The notes: generated by a model not told the origin, from the letters alone. Positions 49,294 through 59,195 are shown, counted from the first letter of the stretch. The stretch is 64,000 bases of DNA from an uncultured delta proteobacterium (GCA_963731795.1 CAVSWU010000003.1:838216-902215); one strand, 5' to 3'. A program made the numbers and translations.

Positions 49294-50694
49294 ATGAAAG
49301 AGCGGAAAGGCCACAACCTTCCGTTGGAGCGTTCCGGTCCCAAAGAAGACTCCTTCTCACTCCTGGCCTTCGTGGCGGGAGAGGTCCGCAGCTATCCGCT
49401 GCCGCCCCAGGGGAGCATCACCCTGGGACGTGGCGAGGGGTGTGACGTCCGCATTGACGAACCCTCGGTCTCGCGCCGCCATGCCACGCTTCGCCTCGGC
49501 TCCACCTTCACGATCGAGGACCACGGCAGCGTGAACGGCACCCGGCTGCGCGTCTCCCAGGAGCAGGGCGGAGGGACGGGGAGCATCGAGGAGATTCGCC
49601 TCACCCCGGGCACTCCCGTTCCCCTCGAGCCCCTCACCCCCGTTCAGCTCGGCTCGGTGGTCATTGTCATCCAATCGGCGGCGGAGCCCATTGCCACCTC
49701 CAGCCCGGCGACCACGATCCTGCCCGTCGTGCACGATCCCTCGATGCAGCGGCTGTATGAGCTGGCGAGCCTGGTGGCCCAGAGCCACATCAGCGTCCTG
49801 GTGCGCGGGGAGACAGGCGCGGGCAAGGAATTGCTCGCGGAGACCATTCACCTGCGCTCACCGCGCTCCAAGGGCCCCTTCGTGCGCATCAACTGCGCCG
49901 CCTTCTCGGAGTCGCTGCTGGAGAGCGAGCTGTTCGGCCACGAGCGCGGCGCCTTCACCGGCGCGGTCCGCTCCAAGCCGGGACTCATCGAGATGGCCCA
50001 GGGCGGGACGCTCTTCCTGGATGAGGTGGGGGAGATGCCCCTGGCCGTGCAGGTGAAGCTGCTGCGCGTGCTGGAGGACCGCCAGGTCCTCCGTGTCGGA
50101 GGCATCGAGCATCAGAGCGTGGACGTGCGGTTCGTCGCGGCGACCCACCAGGATCTGGATGCGTGCGTGGCACGCGGCACCTTCCGGCAGGATCTCTACT
50201 TCCGCATCAACGGCTTCACGTTGACCATCCCCCCGCTGCGCGAGCGGGTGGGAGAGATTGCGACGATGAGCCGCTTCTTCATCGAGCGCTTCGCCGCCGA
50301 GCAGGCGCACCTGCCCCCCCAGCTCACGCTGGAGGCGCAGGCCCTGCTGGAGAAACACTCCTGGCCCGGGAACCTGCGCGAGCTGCGCAACGTCATGGGA
50401 CGCGCTCTCGTCCTGAGCCGAGGCCAGGCCATCCAGCCCGAGCACCTGGTGTTTGATTCTCCCCAGAAGGTAGAGCCCACGCCGCTCCCCCTCTCCTCCT
50501 CTCCGCCGCCCGCGCCCACGAGCGGGACGCTGGGCGAGGACATCGCCACGCTGGAGCGGCAGCGCATCCTCGCAGCGCTGGAGCAGTGCGCGGGCAACCA
50601 GACCCGGGCCGCCAAGCTGTTGGGCATCTCACGGCGCACGCTGGTCACGCGGCTGGGAGAGTACGGGGTTCCGCGCCCGCGCCGCCGGAGTTGA
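49294..50694 (+). CDS. Sigma-54-dependent transcriptional activator with an N-terminal FHA domain and a C-terminal Fis-type HTH.
   Basis: FHA: GSITLGRGEGCDVRIDEPSVSRRHATL. AAA+: VLVRGETGAGKELLAETIH...GAFTGA (GAFTGA σ54-contact motif)...C-terminal AAKLLGISRRTLVTRL. Confidence 0.88.
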   Translation: MKERKGHNLPLERSGPKEDSFSLLAFVAGEVRSYPLPPQGSITLGRGEGCDVRIDEPSVSRRHATLRLGSTFTIEDHGSVNGTRLRVSQEQGGGTGSIEEIRLTPGTPVPLEPLTPVQLGSVVIVIQSAAEPIATSSPATTILPVVHDPSMQRLYELASLVAQSHISVLVRGETGAGKELLAETIHLRSPRSKGPFVRINCAAFSESLLESELFGHERGAFTGAVRSKPGLIEMAQGGTLFLDEVGEMPLAVQVKLLRVLEDRQVLRVGGIEHQSVDVRFVAATHQDLDACVARGTFRQDLYFRINGFTLTIPPLRERVGEIATMSRFFIERFAAEQAHLPPQLTLEAQALLEKHSWPGNLRELRNVMGRALVLSRGQAIQPEHLVFDSPQKVEPTPLPLSSSPPPAPTSGTLGEDIATLERQRILAALEQCAGNQTRAAKLLGISRRTLVTRLGEYGVPRPRRRS

Positions 50695-50801
50695 GCAAAG
50701 GTTGCTCAATTCGCGCACGGTGGAGCAACCGCTGCTCAACCGCGCACTGACTCCACGCCGCGATTGTTCGCAAACGCCCGGACTTCCAAGCGGGTGTTCC
50801 C

Positions 50802-50817
50802 TGGCGCGCGCTGTGCA
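50802..50817 (+). promoter_or_regulatory. Candidate sigma-54 (-24/-12) promoter, TGGCgcgcgcTgTGCA, upstream of the β-propeller/CCP gene. Palindromic candidate activator sites lie at 50691..50709 (TTGAGCAAAGGTTGCTCAA) and 50722..50741.
   Basis: GG and GC spaced as in TGGCAC-N5-TTGCA. A perfect 8-bp inverted repeat overlaps the activator gene's stop codon. Confidence 0.4.
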
Positions 50818-50866
50818 CAAGGACACAGCAGGCGCACGACGCCATCTGTTGCCAGGGGGGAAGTCC

Positions 50867-53608
50867 GTGAAAATACAAGTCGAAGTGTCTTGGAGTGCTG
50901 TTCAGCTGGCCCTCGTCTGGAGCCTGCTGGCCTTGCTGGCCGCGCCCGTGTCCGCGCGCGCCGCGGGCTCGTTCGTGAACTGGGAGAGTCCGCATATCCA
51001 CCCGCTGGACGTGACGCCTGACGGCCGGAAGCTGCTGGCGGTGAACACGGCGGACAACCGGCTGATGGTGTTCGAGCTGGCCGAGCATGAGCAGGCCCCC
51101 AGGCTGGTGGCCTCCATTCCCGTGGGCCTGGATCCCGTGTCCGTGCGAGCGCGCTCCAACACGGAGGCCTGGGTCGTCAATCACATCTCCGACAGCGTGA
51201 GCGTCGTGGATCTCACCCGGCTCAACGTGGTGGCCACCGTGCCCACGGACGATGAGCCCGCGGACGTGGTCTTCGCCGGGACTCCGCGCCGGGCCTTCAT
51301 CACCTGCTCTCAGGCGAAGACGTTGCTGGTGGTGGAGCCGCATGCTCCGCTCGCACCGCCTCAGCGGGTGCCGCTGCAGGGCCAGGCGCCGCGCGCCCTG
51401 GCCGTGAGCCCGGATGGGCGGAAGGTGTATGCCGCGATCTTCGAGTCGGGCAACGGGAGCACCGTCCTGGGCGGCGGCAACACCTTGGCAGGGTTCTTCC
51501 CGCCCAATGCCGTGAGCGATCCGAGCGGCCCCTACGGGGGCATCAACCCGCCGCCCAATGCGGGCTCCACCTTCTCTCCGGCCATCAACCCGGCCCTGCC
51601 GCCGCCCCCGCCGTCGCCCCTCATCGTGAAGAAGGACGCCAACGGCCGGTGGGTGGATGACAACGCCCACGACTGGACGGCGCTCGTCAGCGGCCCGAAT
51701 GCCGCGGCCTCGGGCCGGCGGGTGGGGTGGGATCTGCTGGACCACGATCTGGCCATCATCGACGCGAACCAGCTGTCCGTCACCTATGCCAGCGGGCTGA
51801 TGAACCTGAACATGGCGCTGGCGGTGCACCCCAGCGGCGCCGTCACCGTGGTGGGCACGGACGCCACCAACGAGGTGCGCTTCGAGCCCGTCCTCAGCGG
51901 CCGCTTCCTGCGCGTGGAGCTGGCCAAGGTGGACCCGGCCACGGCGAGCCGCACCGCCCTGTGGGATCTCAACCCGCACCTGACCTACGCCACGTCCACG
52001 CTCCCCTCGTCCGAGCGCAACAAGTCCATTGGGGATCCGCGCGGCATCGTGTGGAACGCGGCGGGCACGCTCGGGTACGTGGCGGGCATGGGCTCCAACA
52101 ACGTGGTGGTGGTGAGCGCCACGGGCCAGCGCGTGACGCAGCTCTCGGTGGGCGAGGGCCCCACGGGCCTGGCGATCGATGATCGGCACGGCCAGCTCTA
52201 CGTCCTCAACCGCTTCGCCGCCAGCATCTCCGTGGTGAGCCTCCAGGACCACCAGGAGAAGGCCCGCGTGCCCTTCTTCGATCCGACGCCGAGCCCCATC
52301 AAGGTGGGCCGCAAGCACCTGTATGGCACGCACGAGAACTCGGGCCTGGGCCACATCTCCTGCGGCTCGTGCCACGTGGACGCGCGCATGGATCGGCTGG
52401 CGTGGGATCTGGGGAATCCGAGCGGCTCGATGATCCCCATGGAGGGGCGGAACCAAGGCCAGGGCATTCCGTTCCTGGCGCCGGGCTTCGGCCCCGTGCA
52501 CCCGATGAAGGGCCCCATGACGACCCAGACGCTCCAGGACATCATCGGCAAGGAGTCGCTGCACTGGCGAGGGGACCGCAGCGGGCTGGAGGACTTCAAC
52601 GGCGCCTTCATGAGCCTTCAGGGAGCTGAGAAGCAGCTCTCTCCGGCGGAGATGCAGCAGTTCAAGGACTTCCTGGCCACGCTGACGTTCCCGCCCAACC
52701 CGTTCCGCAACATCGACAACACCTTGTCCACGAACCTGCCGCTGCCGGGCCGCTACACCACGGGCCGCTTCGCGCCCGCCGGCCAACCGTTGCCCAACGG
52801 GAATGCCGCTCGAGGCCTGGAGCTGTTCCGGACGCCGCGCCACCAGGGAGGGAACCTGATCGCCTGCGCCACGTGCCACACGCTCCCCACCGGCATGGGG
52901 GCGAGCATGACGTGGAACGGCAGCCAGTACGAGCCCTTCCCCATGGGGCCCCATGGCGAGAACCACGCCTCCCTGATCACCCAGGACTTCACCACCGCGT
53001 TCATCCTGAAGATTCCGCAGCTGCGCAACCTCTACAAGAAGGAGGGCCTGGAGCTGACCCAGCTGAGGAGCCTGTCAGGCTTCAGCTTCGTCCACCACGG
53101 CGGCATGGACTCGCTCGCCCGCTTCGTCAGCGGCCCCGCCTTCTCGCCGGCGGATGATCAGGAGGTCGCGGATCTGGTGGCCTTCCTGTTGTCCTTCTCC
53201 GGGTCGGATCTGCCGCGAGGCTCCGCGGACAACCTGTTCGCGCCGCCGGGCCCGGACAGCCAGGACACGCACGCGGCGGTGGGCCGGCAGGTCACCCTGA
53301 GCTCCGCCTGGCCGAGCGCGGAGCAGCGCGCCCTGGTGGACACCTTCCTCGCCCTGGCCGACAGCGGCAAGGTGGGCCTGGTGGTGAAGGGCCGGCAGGG
53401 TGGCGTGGCGCGTGGCTACACCTACGTGGGCGGTGGGGACTTCCAGTCCGACCGTGCCTCGCAGCGAGTGAGCGCGGCGCTGTTGCGGACGCTGGCCGGT
53501 CCCGGCAGCGAGCTGACCTGGACCGTGGTGCCCAAGGGCTCCGAGTGGCGCATCGGCGTGGATCAGGACGAGGACGGCATCTACGACCGGGACGAGTTGG
53601 AGCGCTGA
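50867..53608 (+). CDS. Secreted YVTN-type β-propeller protein fused to a di-heme cytochrome c peroxidase-like domain.
   Basis: Signal peptide (SAVQLALVWSLLALLAAPVSARA). β-propeller repeats (LAVNTADNRLMVFEL..., VYAAIFESGN..., YVLNRFAASISVVSL). Two CxxCH heme motifs (HISCGSCHVD, LIACATCHTLP). Confidence 0.7.
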   Translation: MKIQVEVSWSAVQLALVWSLLALLAAPVSARAAGSFVNWESPHIHPLDVTPDGRKLLAVNTADNRLMVFELAEHEQAPRLVASIPVGLDPVSVRARSNTEAWVVNHISDSVSVVDLTRLNVVATVPTDDEPADVVFAGTPRRAFITCSQAKTLLVVEPHAPLAPPQRVPLQGQAPRALAVSPDGRKVYAAIFESGNGSTVLGGGNTLAGFFPPNAVSDPSGPYGGINPPPNAGSTFSPAINPALPPPPPSPLIVKKDANGRWVDDNAHDWTALVSGPNAAASGRRVGWDLLDHDLAIIDANQLSVTYASGLMNLNMALAVHPSGAVTVVGTDATNEVRFEPVLSGRFLRVELAKVDPATASRTALWDLNPHLTYATSTLPSSERNKSIGDPRGIVWNAAGTLGYVAGMGSNNVVVVSATGQRVTQLSVGEGPTGLAIDDRHGQLYVLNRFAASISVVSLQDHQEKARVPFFDPTPSPIKVGRKHLYGTHENSGLGHISCGSCHVDARMDRLAWDLGNPSGSMIPMEGRNQGQGIPFLAPGFGPVHPMKGPMTTQTLQDIIGKESLHWRGDRSGLEDFNGAFMSLQGAEKQLSPAEMQQFKDFLATLTFPPNPFRNIDNTLSTNLPLPGRYTTGRFAPAGQPLPNGNAARGLELFRTPRHQGGNLIACATCHTLPTGMGASMTWNGSQYEPFPMGPHGENHASLITQDFTTAFILKIPQLRNLYKKEGLELTQLRSLSGFSFVHHGGMDSLARFVSGPAFSPADDQEVADLVAFLLSFSGSDLPRGSADNLFAPPGPDSQDTHAAVGRQVTLSSAWPSAEQRALVDTFLALADSGKVGLVVKGRQGGVARGYTYVGGGDFQSDRASQRVSAALLRTLAGPGSELTWTVVPKGSEWRIGVDQDEDGIYDRDELER

Positions 53609-53641
53609 GCCCCGAGAAGAACCCAGCGGAGGAACTCCATC

Positions 53642-54235
53642 ATGAGTCCGTTTCACGCTTTCAAGGGCATTGAGGTGTCTGGGCGCGTCGTGTTCGGGCT
53701 CGTCCAGGCCTTCGGTCAGTTCAAGGCCATTGCCAGTCAGCTCCTGCTGGACGAGGAGATCGGGCAGCAGGGCGCGGATGGCCTGATCATCGCGGATCCG
53801 ATGTCCTGGTACGCCATGGCTCCGTTCCTGCGAGCCTTCACGCGCGCCGGCCGGCAGATGGGCGACTCGGTGTTGCATCAGATTGGCGTGTTTGTGGCGA
53901 AGAACGCGGCGTGGGCCCCCAATACCCGGGACGTCAAGGCGATGACCGAGCAGATGGACAAGGCGTACCACCTGAACCATCGCAAGGACGGGCAGGCGAT
54001 GTGGGATCCCACGACGGACCGCCTGCTGGAGGGCATCGGGCACTACCGGTTCACTCCACGGCCTGACGGCGCCATGGAGATTGAGGCCACCAACCCGTAC
54101 CCTTGTGCCTTCGACAAGGGGCTGATCTTCGGAGGGATGCGGATGCTCCAGTCCATGGGTTCCGTCCTTCACGACGAGGCCCACTCCTGCCGCAAGCACG
54201 GCCACGCCTCCTGCATCTACGTCGTTCGAGGATAG
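53642..54235 (+). CDS. Hypothetical protein, possibly a myxobacterial paralogous DUF family.
   Basis: A 197-aa coherent ORF with four Cys near the C-terminus (CAFDKG...HSCRKHGHASC). No family confidently recognised. Confidence 0.45.
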   Translation: MSPFHAFKGIEVSGRVVFGLVQAFGQFKAIASQLLLDEEIGQQGADGLIIADPMSWYAMAPFLRAFTRAGRQMGDSVLHQIGVFVAKNAAWAPNTRDVKAMTEQMDKAYHLNHRKDGQAMWDPTTDRLLEGIGHYRFTPRPDGAMEIEATNPYPCAFDKGLIFGGMRMLQSMGSVLHDEAHSCRKHGHASCIYVVRG

Positions 54236-55017
54236 GCCTCCATCACCTCCGGCGGCTCCTCCCTGCCCCATGGCACGATCCGCTGGCAGCGCACCTGGAG
54301 CGGCTGTCTCCAGGGCCTGCGCACCGCCAGCGCCGCCAGGTGCCGAGCCGAGGGCCGCAGTTGAACGAACTGCCAGCCCTCGGGATCGTCCACCAGCCGG
54401 GGATCGAAGGAGATCCGTGGGGGCTGCCCGGGCCGCAGCTCGAACGCGAACTGCTCCAGCGGAAGCGAGAGCCCCATCCCTCGCGCTTTGATGTACGCCT
54501 CCTTCAAGGTCCAGTAATCGAAGAAGCGCTCCTGCTGGAGATCCACCGGCAAGGCCCGCAGCGCGACGACCTCCGCGGGCGCGAAGTAGTGGTCCGCAAG
54601 TCCCACCGTCTCGCCCTGGCGCTGCGAGTCCTCCACATCCACGCCCACCTCCTCGTCGAGCGCCACCGCGACCACCGCCATCCCATCCGTGTGGGAGAGG
54701 TTGAAGCGGAGCCTCGAGCCCCTCTCGCCCAGCACCTCCGGGCGGCCATAGGCGTTGGTGCGGAAGGACCACTCCTGAGGTGCCACGGGCGCGTAGCGGG
54801 ACAACGTGAGCCGCACGAGTGCATGCGAGACGAGGTACTGCCTCCGGTGCCGCTCGAAATGGAACCTCCGTTGCTTCTCGCGCTCCCCGGAGCTCAGGAT
54901 CCCCCAGTATGCCTCGAGCAGTCGCGGTTCCTCTATCTGCTCGGGCTCCGTGATCCAGACATGGACCTCGTCCGGAGCCAGGGGCATCAACGCTGGAGTG
55001 GAGGGGCTCGACGACAT
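54217..55017 (-). CDS. Sfp-type 4'-phosphopantetheinyl transferase.
   Basis: RFNLSHTDGMAVVAVA...VGVDVE...FFDYWTLKEAYIKARG (PPTase motifs P1, P2, P3). Confidence 0.8.
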   Translation of the reverse strand: MSSSPSTPALMPLAPDEVHVWITEPEQIEEPRLLEAYWGILSSGEREKQRRFHFERHRRQYLVSHALVRLTLSRYAPVAPQEWSFRTNAYGRPEVLGERGSRLRFNLSHTDGMAVVAVALDEEVGVDVEDSQRQGETVGLADHYFAPAEVVALRALPVDLQQERFFDYWTLKEAYIKARGMGLSLPLEQFAFELRPGQPPRISFDPRLVDDPEGWQFVQLRPSARHLAALAVRRPWRQPLQVRCQRIVPWGREEPPEVMEAYPRTT

Positions 55018-55051
55018 GGGAGCCTAGCGAAGCAGGCTCCCTACCCTCTTG

Positions 55052-56446
55052 TCACGAGCTCACGTGCCCCGTCACCGCCGCAGCGCGCGCTCTCTGAGAC
55101 TCCACCGCCCGTACGCCCTCGCCGAGTTCGAGGAGATCATTGATCTCCAGCCGCAGAAAGCCGTGGAGGATGGGCTCGTCCACATCCGGGTTCCGGCTCA
55201 TCCGGTGCCGCATGGACAGCAGGAAGTCCTCCCAGGTGAGCTTGCGCTCCAGGACCCGCGCGATGTCCACCGCGCTCGCGGTCAGCGTGCACCGACAGCC
55301 ATCCTGGATTGCCGGGACGACCTCCACCCGCCGCTCGCGAAAGTCCACGCGCAGCAGCCTCCCGGGCGCCTCCTTGAGCATCATGTACAGCGGCATCCCC
55401 ACCGGCCCGTGCGGCTCCAGCAGGTCCAGCTTGCGCCGCAGCTCCACCCGGAGCAGCTCGTGGATCTCATCCACCTCGGTCCGCTGCATGTTGCGCCTCC
55501 GCGAGTGGAACAGGTGCGCCTGCTCCGCCGCGTACGCGCGCAGATAGGACTCCACATTCTCGTCCGTGATCCGCTCGGACTCCGAAGGGCTCAGCTCCAG
55601 ACAAGTCACATCGAGCACATCCCCCGGCATCGGCTCGATGTAGCGCGTGGAGGCCGCGGGCAGCCGCTGGCGCAGCGCCTCGAACAGCGCCGGGGCTCGG
55701 GCGAAGACGCCCACCGTCTCCAGGTTCAGGTGGAACAACGCCGGCTCCAGGAAACAGGCCGGCCCCGCGGAGGCCAGGTAGACCCGCGGCTTCACGGTGT
55801 CGATCGCCCCCGCCACCGCCTCGAACAGGCTGTCGCGCTTCTGGATCGAGAGGGCCTTGTAGATCTCGCGCGGGTACTCGTAACAGGCGGGGTGCCAGCT
55901 GGCGCCAGAGTACTGGGCGGTGAAGACATCGATGGGCCCAGCCTCCGCCACGATGCTCGCCAACCGCTCCTCGAGCTTGCAGTCATTGATGTTGAGGAAG
56001 CACTGCCTGTCGCCGCGCACCAGCAGGCCCGAGTCGCGGTTCAGCCCCGACTCCATGAGGAAGAGCTTGAGGTACCCCCCGCCCGGCAAGGGGAGCTCCT
56101 GCCCATCCTCGCAAGCGACCACCCGCCTGCACCCGTAGGCCTCGAACACCCTCCGCAGCTCGGACCGCCGAAAGCGCGGGATGACCACCGTGAAGTCCCG
56201 CCGGGCCACCGTCTCGAGGAACTCCGGATCGAAGTGGTCCTTGTGTTCATGACTGACGTACAGGAATCGCTGCTTGGGAGAGCGCTCCAGCAGCTCGCGG
56301 ACCCGCGGCGCCAGGTGATGGTTCCTGGGAAACTGCATCCACGCCGAATCGAAGGCGCCCCCGGGCGAGAGCCACGGGTCCATCACCACCAGCGCGCCGG
56401 CTGTTTCCACCACGAAACCCGCGTGGCCAATGAACGTGATCCGCAT
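55052..56446 (-). CDS. MBL-fold metallo-hydrolase with a large C-terminal domain.
   Basis: MRITFIGHAGFVVETAGALVVMDPWLSP...LYVSHEHKDHFD (an HxHxDH-type metal motif). Confidence 0.65.
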   Translation of the reverse strand: MRITFIGHAGFVVETAGALVVMDPWLSPGGAFDSAWMQFPRNHHLAPRVRELLERSPKQRFLYVSHEHKDHFDPEFLETVARRDFTVVIPRFRRSELRRVFEAYGCRRVVACEDGQELPLPGGGYLKLFLMESGLNRDSGLLVRGDRQCFLNINDCKLEERLASIVAEAGPIDVFTAQYSGASWHPACYEYPREIYKALSIQKRDSLFEAVAGAIDTVKPRVYLASAGPACFLEPALFHLNLETVGVFARAPALFEALRQRLPAASTRYIEPMPGDVLDVTCLELSPSESERITDENVESYLRAYAAEQAHLFHSRRRNMQRTEVDEIHELLRVELRRKLDLLEPHGPVGMPLYMMLKEAPGRLLRVDFRERRVEVVPAIQDGCRCTLTASAVDIARVLERKLTWEDFLLSMRHRMSRNPDVDEPILHGFLRLEINDLLELGEGVRAVESQRARAAAVTGHVSS

Positions 56447-56775
56447 GAGCTATCCCCCTGGAGACCGCGAGGGGCGATGGCTCGCTGCTCGCGGTGTACC
56501 GATGCTGCCGCGCGGGAGTCCGCGCGGTGGAGAAGGCTGCGCCCACATCCCAGGTACAACCACCGGTCCCCAGGTATGGCCCATGGGTTCAGCAGCCATC
56601 ACTCGGCGTTGCGTGGCGGCGAGAGAGACCACTCCGAAGAGCGGCTGTCCGCTCGGAGCCCTGGCCCCGAATCATCGGTTTAGCCAATGATTTGATGCCA
56701 TATTTCCTAATTGCCGAAGATTCACCCGATTCCTATTCAAAGGGTTCCTCCTCACCTTTTCTTTGGGAGTGCCCC

Positions 56776-57768
56776 TTGGATCCGCAGACCATTGGCAGCC
56801 CTGCTCTCTGGGCAGGGTTCATCGTCTTCGTCCTCGCGATGCTCGCGCTGGACCTGGGGGTGTTCCATCGCAGCGCCCACGTGGTGCGCGTCAAGGAGGC
56901 GCTCACCTGGAGCGCTGTCTGGGTGGGGCTCTCGCTGCTGTTCAACCTGGGGATCTGGTGGAAGTTCGGCACGGAGCCGGCCGTGCAGTTCCTGACCGGC
57001 TACCTCATCGAGAAGTCGCTCTCGATCGACAACATCTTCATCTTCGTGCTCGTCTTCTCGGCCCTGGGCATCCCCTCGCTCTACCAGCACCGGGTGCTCT
57101 TCTGGGGCATCCTCAGCGCGCTGGTGCTCCGCGCGGCCATGATCTTCGCCGGCGTGGCGATGCTCCAGCGCTTCCACTGGCTCATCTACTTCTTCGGCGC
57201 CTTCCTGCTCTTCACGGGCATCAAGCTGTTCCTCAATCGCAACCAGGAGGAGCACCCGGAGAACAGCGCCGTCATGCGCTGGGCCCGCCGGGTCATCCCC
57301 TCGACGAGCCGCTTCGACAGCCACCACTTCTTCACCCGGGAGAACGGCCGGTGGCTGGCCACCCCGCTCCTCATGGCGCTGCTCCTGGTGGAGGCGACCG
57401 ACGTCATCTTCGCGCTCGACTCCATCCCCGCCATCTTCGCCGTCACCCAGGATCCCTTCCTCGTCTTCACCTCGAACATCTTCGCCATCCTGGGCCTGCG
57501 CTCCCTCTTCTTCCTGGTGGCGGGCCTGGTGGAGAAGTTCCGCTACCTGAAGGTCGGCCTGTCCGCGGTGCTCGTGTTCGTGGGCGCGAAGATGGCGCTG
57601 GTGGACTTCGTGAAGGTGCCGGGCTTCGTCTCCCTGGCCGTCATCGCCGCGCTCATCGGCGGCGCCGTGGTGGCCTCGCTGCTCAAGGCCCGCTCCGAGG
57701 AGGGCGCCAGGGAAGGCGCCAAGGCCAGGCTGCCCCCGCGCGAGCGCCCCGTCTCCCAGACGCCTTAG
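56776..57768 (+). CDS. TerC-family integral membrane protein (Alx/MntP-related). The start codon is uncertain: TTG at 56776, with a possible upstream ATG at 56697.
   Basis: LSIDNIFIFVLVFSALG...IFALDSIPAIFAVTQDPFLVFTSNIFAILGLRSLFF, the TerC repeat motifs, with multiple TM helices. Confidence 0.75.
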   Translation: MDPQTIGSPALWAGFIVFVLAMLALDLGVFHRSAHVVRVKEALTWSAVWVGLSLLFNLGIWWKFGTEPAVQFLTGYLIEKSLSIDNIFIFVLVFSALGIPSLYQHRVLFWGILSALVLRAAMIFAGVAMLQRFHWLIYFFGAFLLFTGIKLFLNRNQEEHPENSAVMRWARRVIPSTSRFDSHHFFTRENGRWLATPLLMALLLVEATDVIFALDSIPAIFAVTQDPFLVFTSNIFAILGLRSLFFLVAGLVEKFRYLKVGLSAVLVFVGAKMALVDFVKVPGFVSLAVIAALIGGAVVASLLKARSEEGAREGAKARLPPRERPVSQTP

Positions 57769-58093
57769 CGCGTGTTCTCCAGGAACAGGAGCCAGGCCTC
57801 GACGAGCTCCTCGAACTCCTCCAGCGTCACTTCCCGCGCGCGCCCAGGGACTGCCATCTCGCTCAGGATGACCGCGCGCCTGCGGTTCAGCTTCACGCTC
57901 CAGGACTCCCCCTCGGCAGTCCAGGACGAGTGGCTGCCCTGTGGAGCGCGCGGATGATGTCCAGGAGCCGGCGGCACAGGCGCGGGTCGTTGCGCACCTC
58001 GTCCGAGAGGTAGTGCGCGAGGATGTCGTCTGGCGGCTCCGCGAGGGCCATCACCTGCCCCTCCTGGTCCCATGTGAAGCGCACCTTTGCCAT
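57765..58093 (-). CDS. Small hypothetical protein with an apparent frameshift near 57935-57950.
   Basis: MAKVRFTWDQEGQVMALAEPPDDILAHYLSDEVRNDPRLCRRLLDIIRALH... then, in a second frame, ...SWSVKLNRRRAVILSEMAVPGRAREVTLEEFEELVEAWLLFLENTR. AGGAG SD upstream. Confidence 0.45.
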
Positions 58094-58292
58094 CGCTCGA
58101 CTCCTGGCCCCCCCTCTCAGTGTCTCACGAAGATCAGCTGGCTGCGCGGCGCCCGCCCCGCCCGCGCCCAGGTGTGCCGACCAGCGAATAGGCCCGGCCC
58201 GGCAACTGACCTGTACCGGGCAACTCGAATCCAGAAAAAGCGAAAGGCCGTGAGCCCTGGGGATTTCTCCCGGACTCACGACCTCTCTGGAG

Positions 58293-58364
58293 TGGGCGCA
58301 GCAGGGTTTGAACCTGCGACCCCTGCCGTGTGAAGGCAGTGCTCTACCGCTGAGCTATACGCCC
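58293..58364 (-). tRNA. tRNA-Val (anticodon CAC).
   Basis: Minus-strand GGGCGTATAGCTCAGCGGTAGAGCACTGCCTTCACACGGCAGGGGTCGCAGGTTCAAACCCTGCTGCGCCCA folds into a cloverleaf. The anticodon loop is TTCACAC. Confidence 0.85.
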
Positions 58365-58464
58365 GTGGCGCCGTGCGACGCGGGGGTAAATGCCATCCGC
58401 CCCCTCACGTGTCAACGCTATTCAACGCCGCTCCCCCGCGTTTCCATTCCAGCGGGGCTCAGGC

Positions 58465-58743
58465 TCATTCCTGGGAGAGCGAGTCCAGCTTCTCGTCCAG
58501 CTCGCGCAGCCGGCGCTTGAGGCTGGAGAGCTTCTTGCCCACGGCCTTGAAGTCGCTCTTGGGGGCGAAGTTGAGGGCCCGCATGAAGTCCTCCTGCCCC
58601 TTGTCGAGCGCCTGCTTGCCCCGCTGCACCTTCCCGATGGCGTTGGCGATCTGCATGGCGCGCTTCTCGTCCGCCATGAGCTTCTCCATCGCCTTGGCCG
58701 AGACGCCCAGGGCCTTCTTCTTCAGCTCCTCGCCGATGCCCAT
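58465..58743 (-). CDS. Small coiled-coil protein (phasin-like or unknown).
   Basis: MGIGEELKKKALGVSAKAMEKLMADEKRAMQIANAIGKVQRGKQALDKGQEDFMRALNFA...LKRRLRELDEKLDSLSQE. Confidence 0.5.
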   Translation of the reverse strand: MGIGEELKKKALGVSAKAMEKLMADEKRAMQIANAIGKVQRGKQALDKGQEDFMRALNFAPKSDFKAVGKKLSSLKRRLRELDEKLDSLSQE

Positions 58744-58766
58744 CCGAGGATGCCTCCGCGGGCGCT

Positions 58767-59195
58767 TCACCGTTCGTCGATGAACTCCGTCTTCAGCTGC
58801 GCGAAGACGCGATCCGCGATGCCCTTGTACCGCATCCGCTCGATGAGCGGCTGCAGATCTCCCTTGCACCGAGATGCGGCGCTTGAGCACCGCCTCCACC
58901 GGATCCAGGGTGCCCCTGCAGCAGCTCCTTCCATACCGAGTACGGGGCCCGGGCCACGTAGGCGGGCTCGAACTCGTCCAGGTCGTCCGGATCGTCCAGC
59001 ACCCGCAGCTTCTCGATGCCGGCCGTTCTTGGGGAGGATGTGGACGACGAAGGCCGTGGCCAGCTTGCCGGGCTCGGGGTCCACCACCGCGCCAAAGTCG
59101 CCCGTCCACCCCTGGCCCGCCGCCGCGGCCTCGTGGTCCGCGTTGGTAAGCCGCACGGCCTCCTCACACCACTCCTTGGATGGGAACTTCGGCAT
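58767..59195 (-). CDS. SCP2 sterol-carrier-like domain protein, interrupted by ~3 frameshifts.
   Basis: [57 protein letters not shown], then |GIEKLRVLDDPDDLDEFEPAYVARAPYSVWKELLQG, then |...DLQPLIERMRYKGIADRVFAQLKTEFIDER, in three different frames. Confidence 0.55.
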   Translation of the reverse strand: MPKFPSKEWCEEAVRLTNADHEAAAAGQGWTGDFGAVVDPEPGKLATAFVVHILPKNGRHREAAGAGRSGRPGRVRARLRGPGPVLGMEGAAAGAPWIRWRRCSSAASRCKGDLQPLIERMRYKGIADRVFAQLKTEFIDER

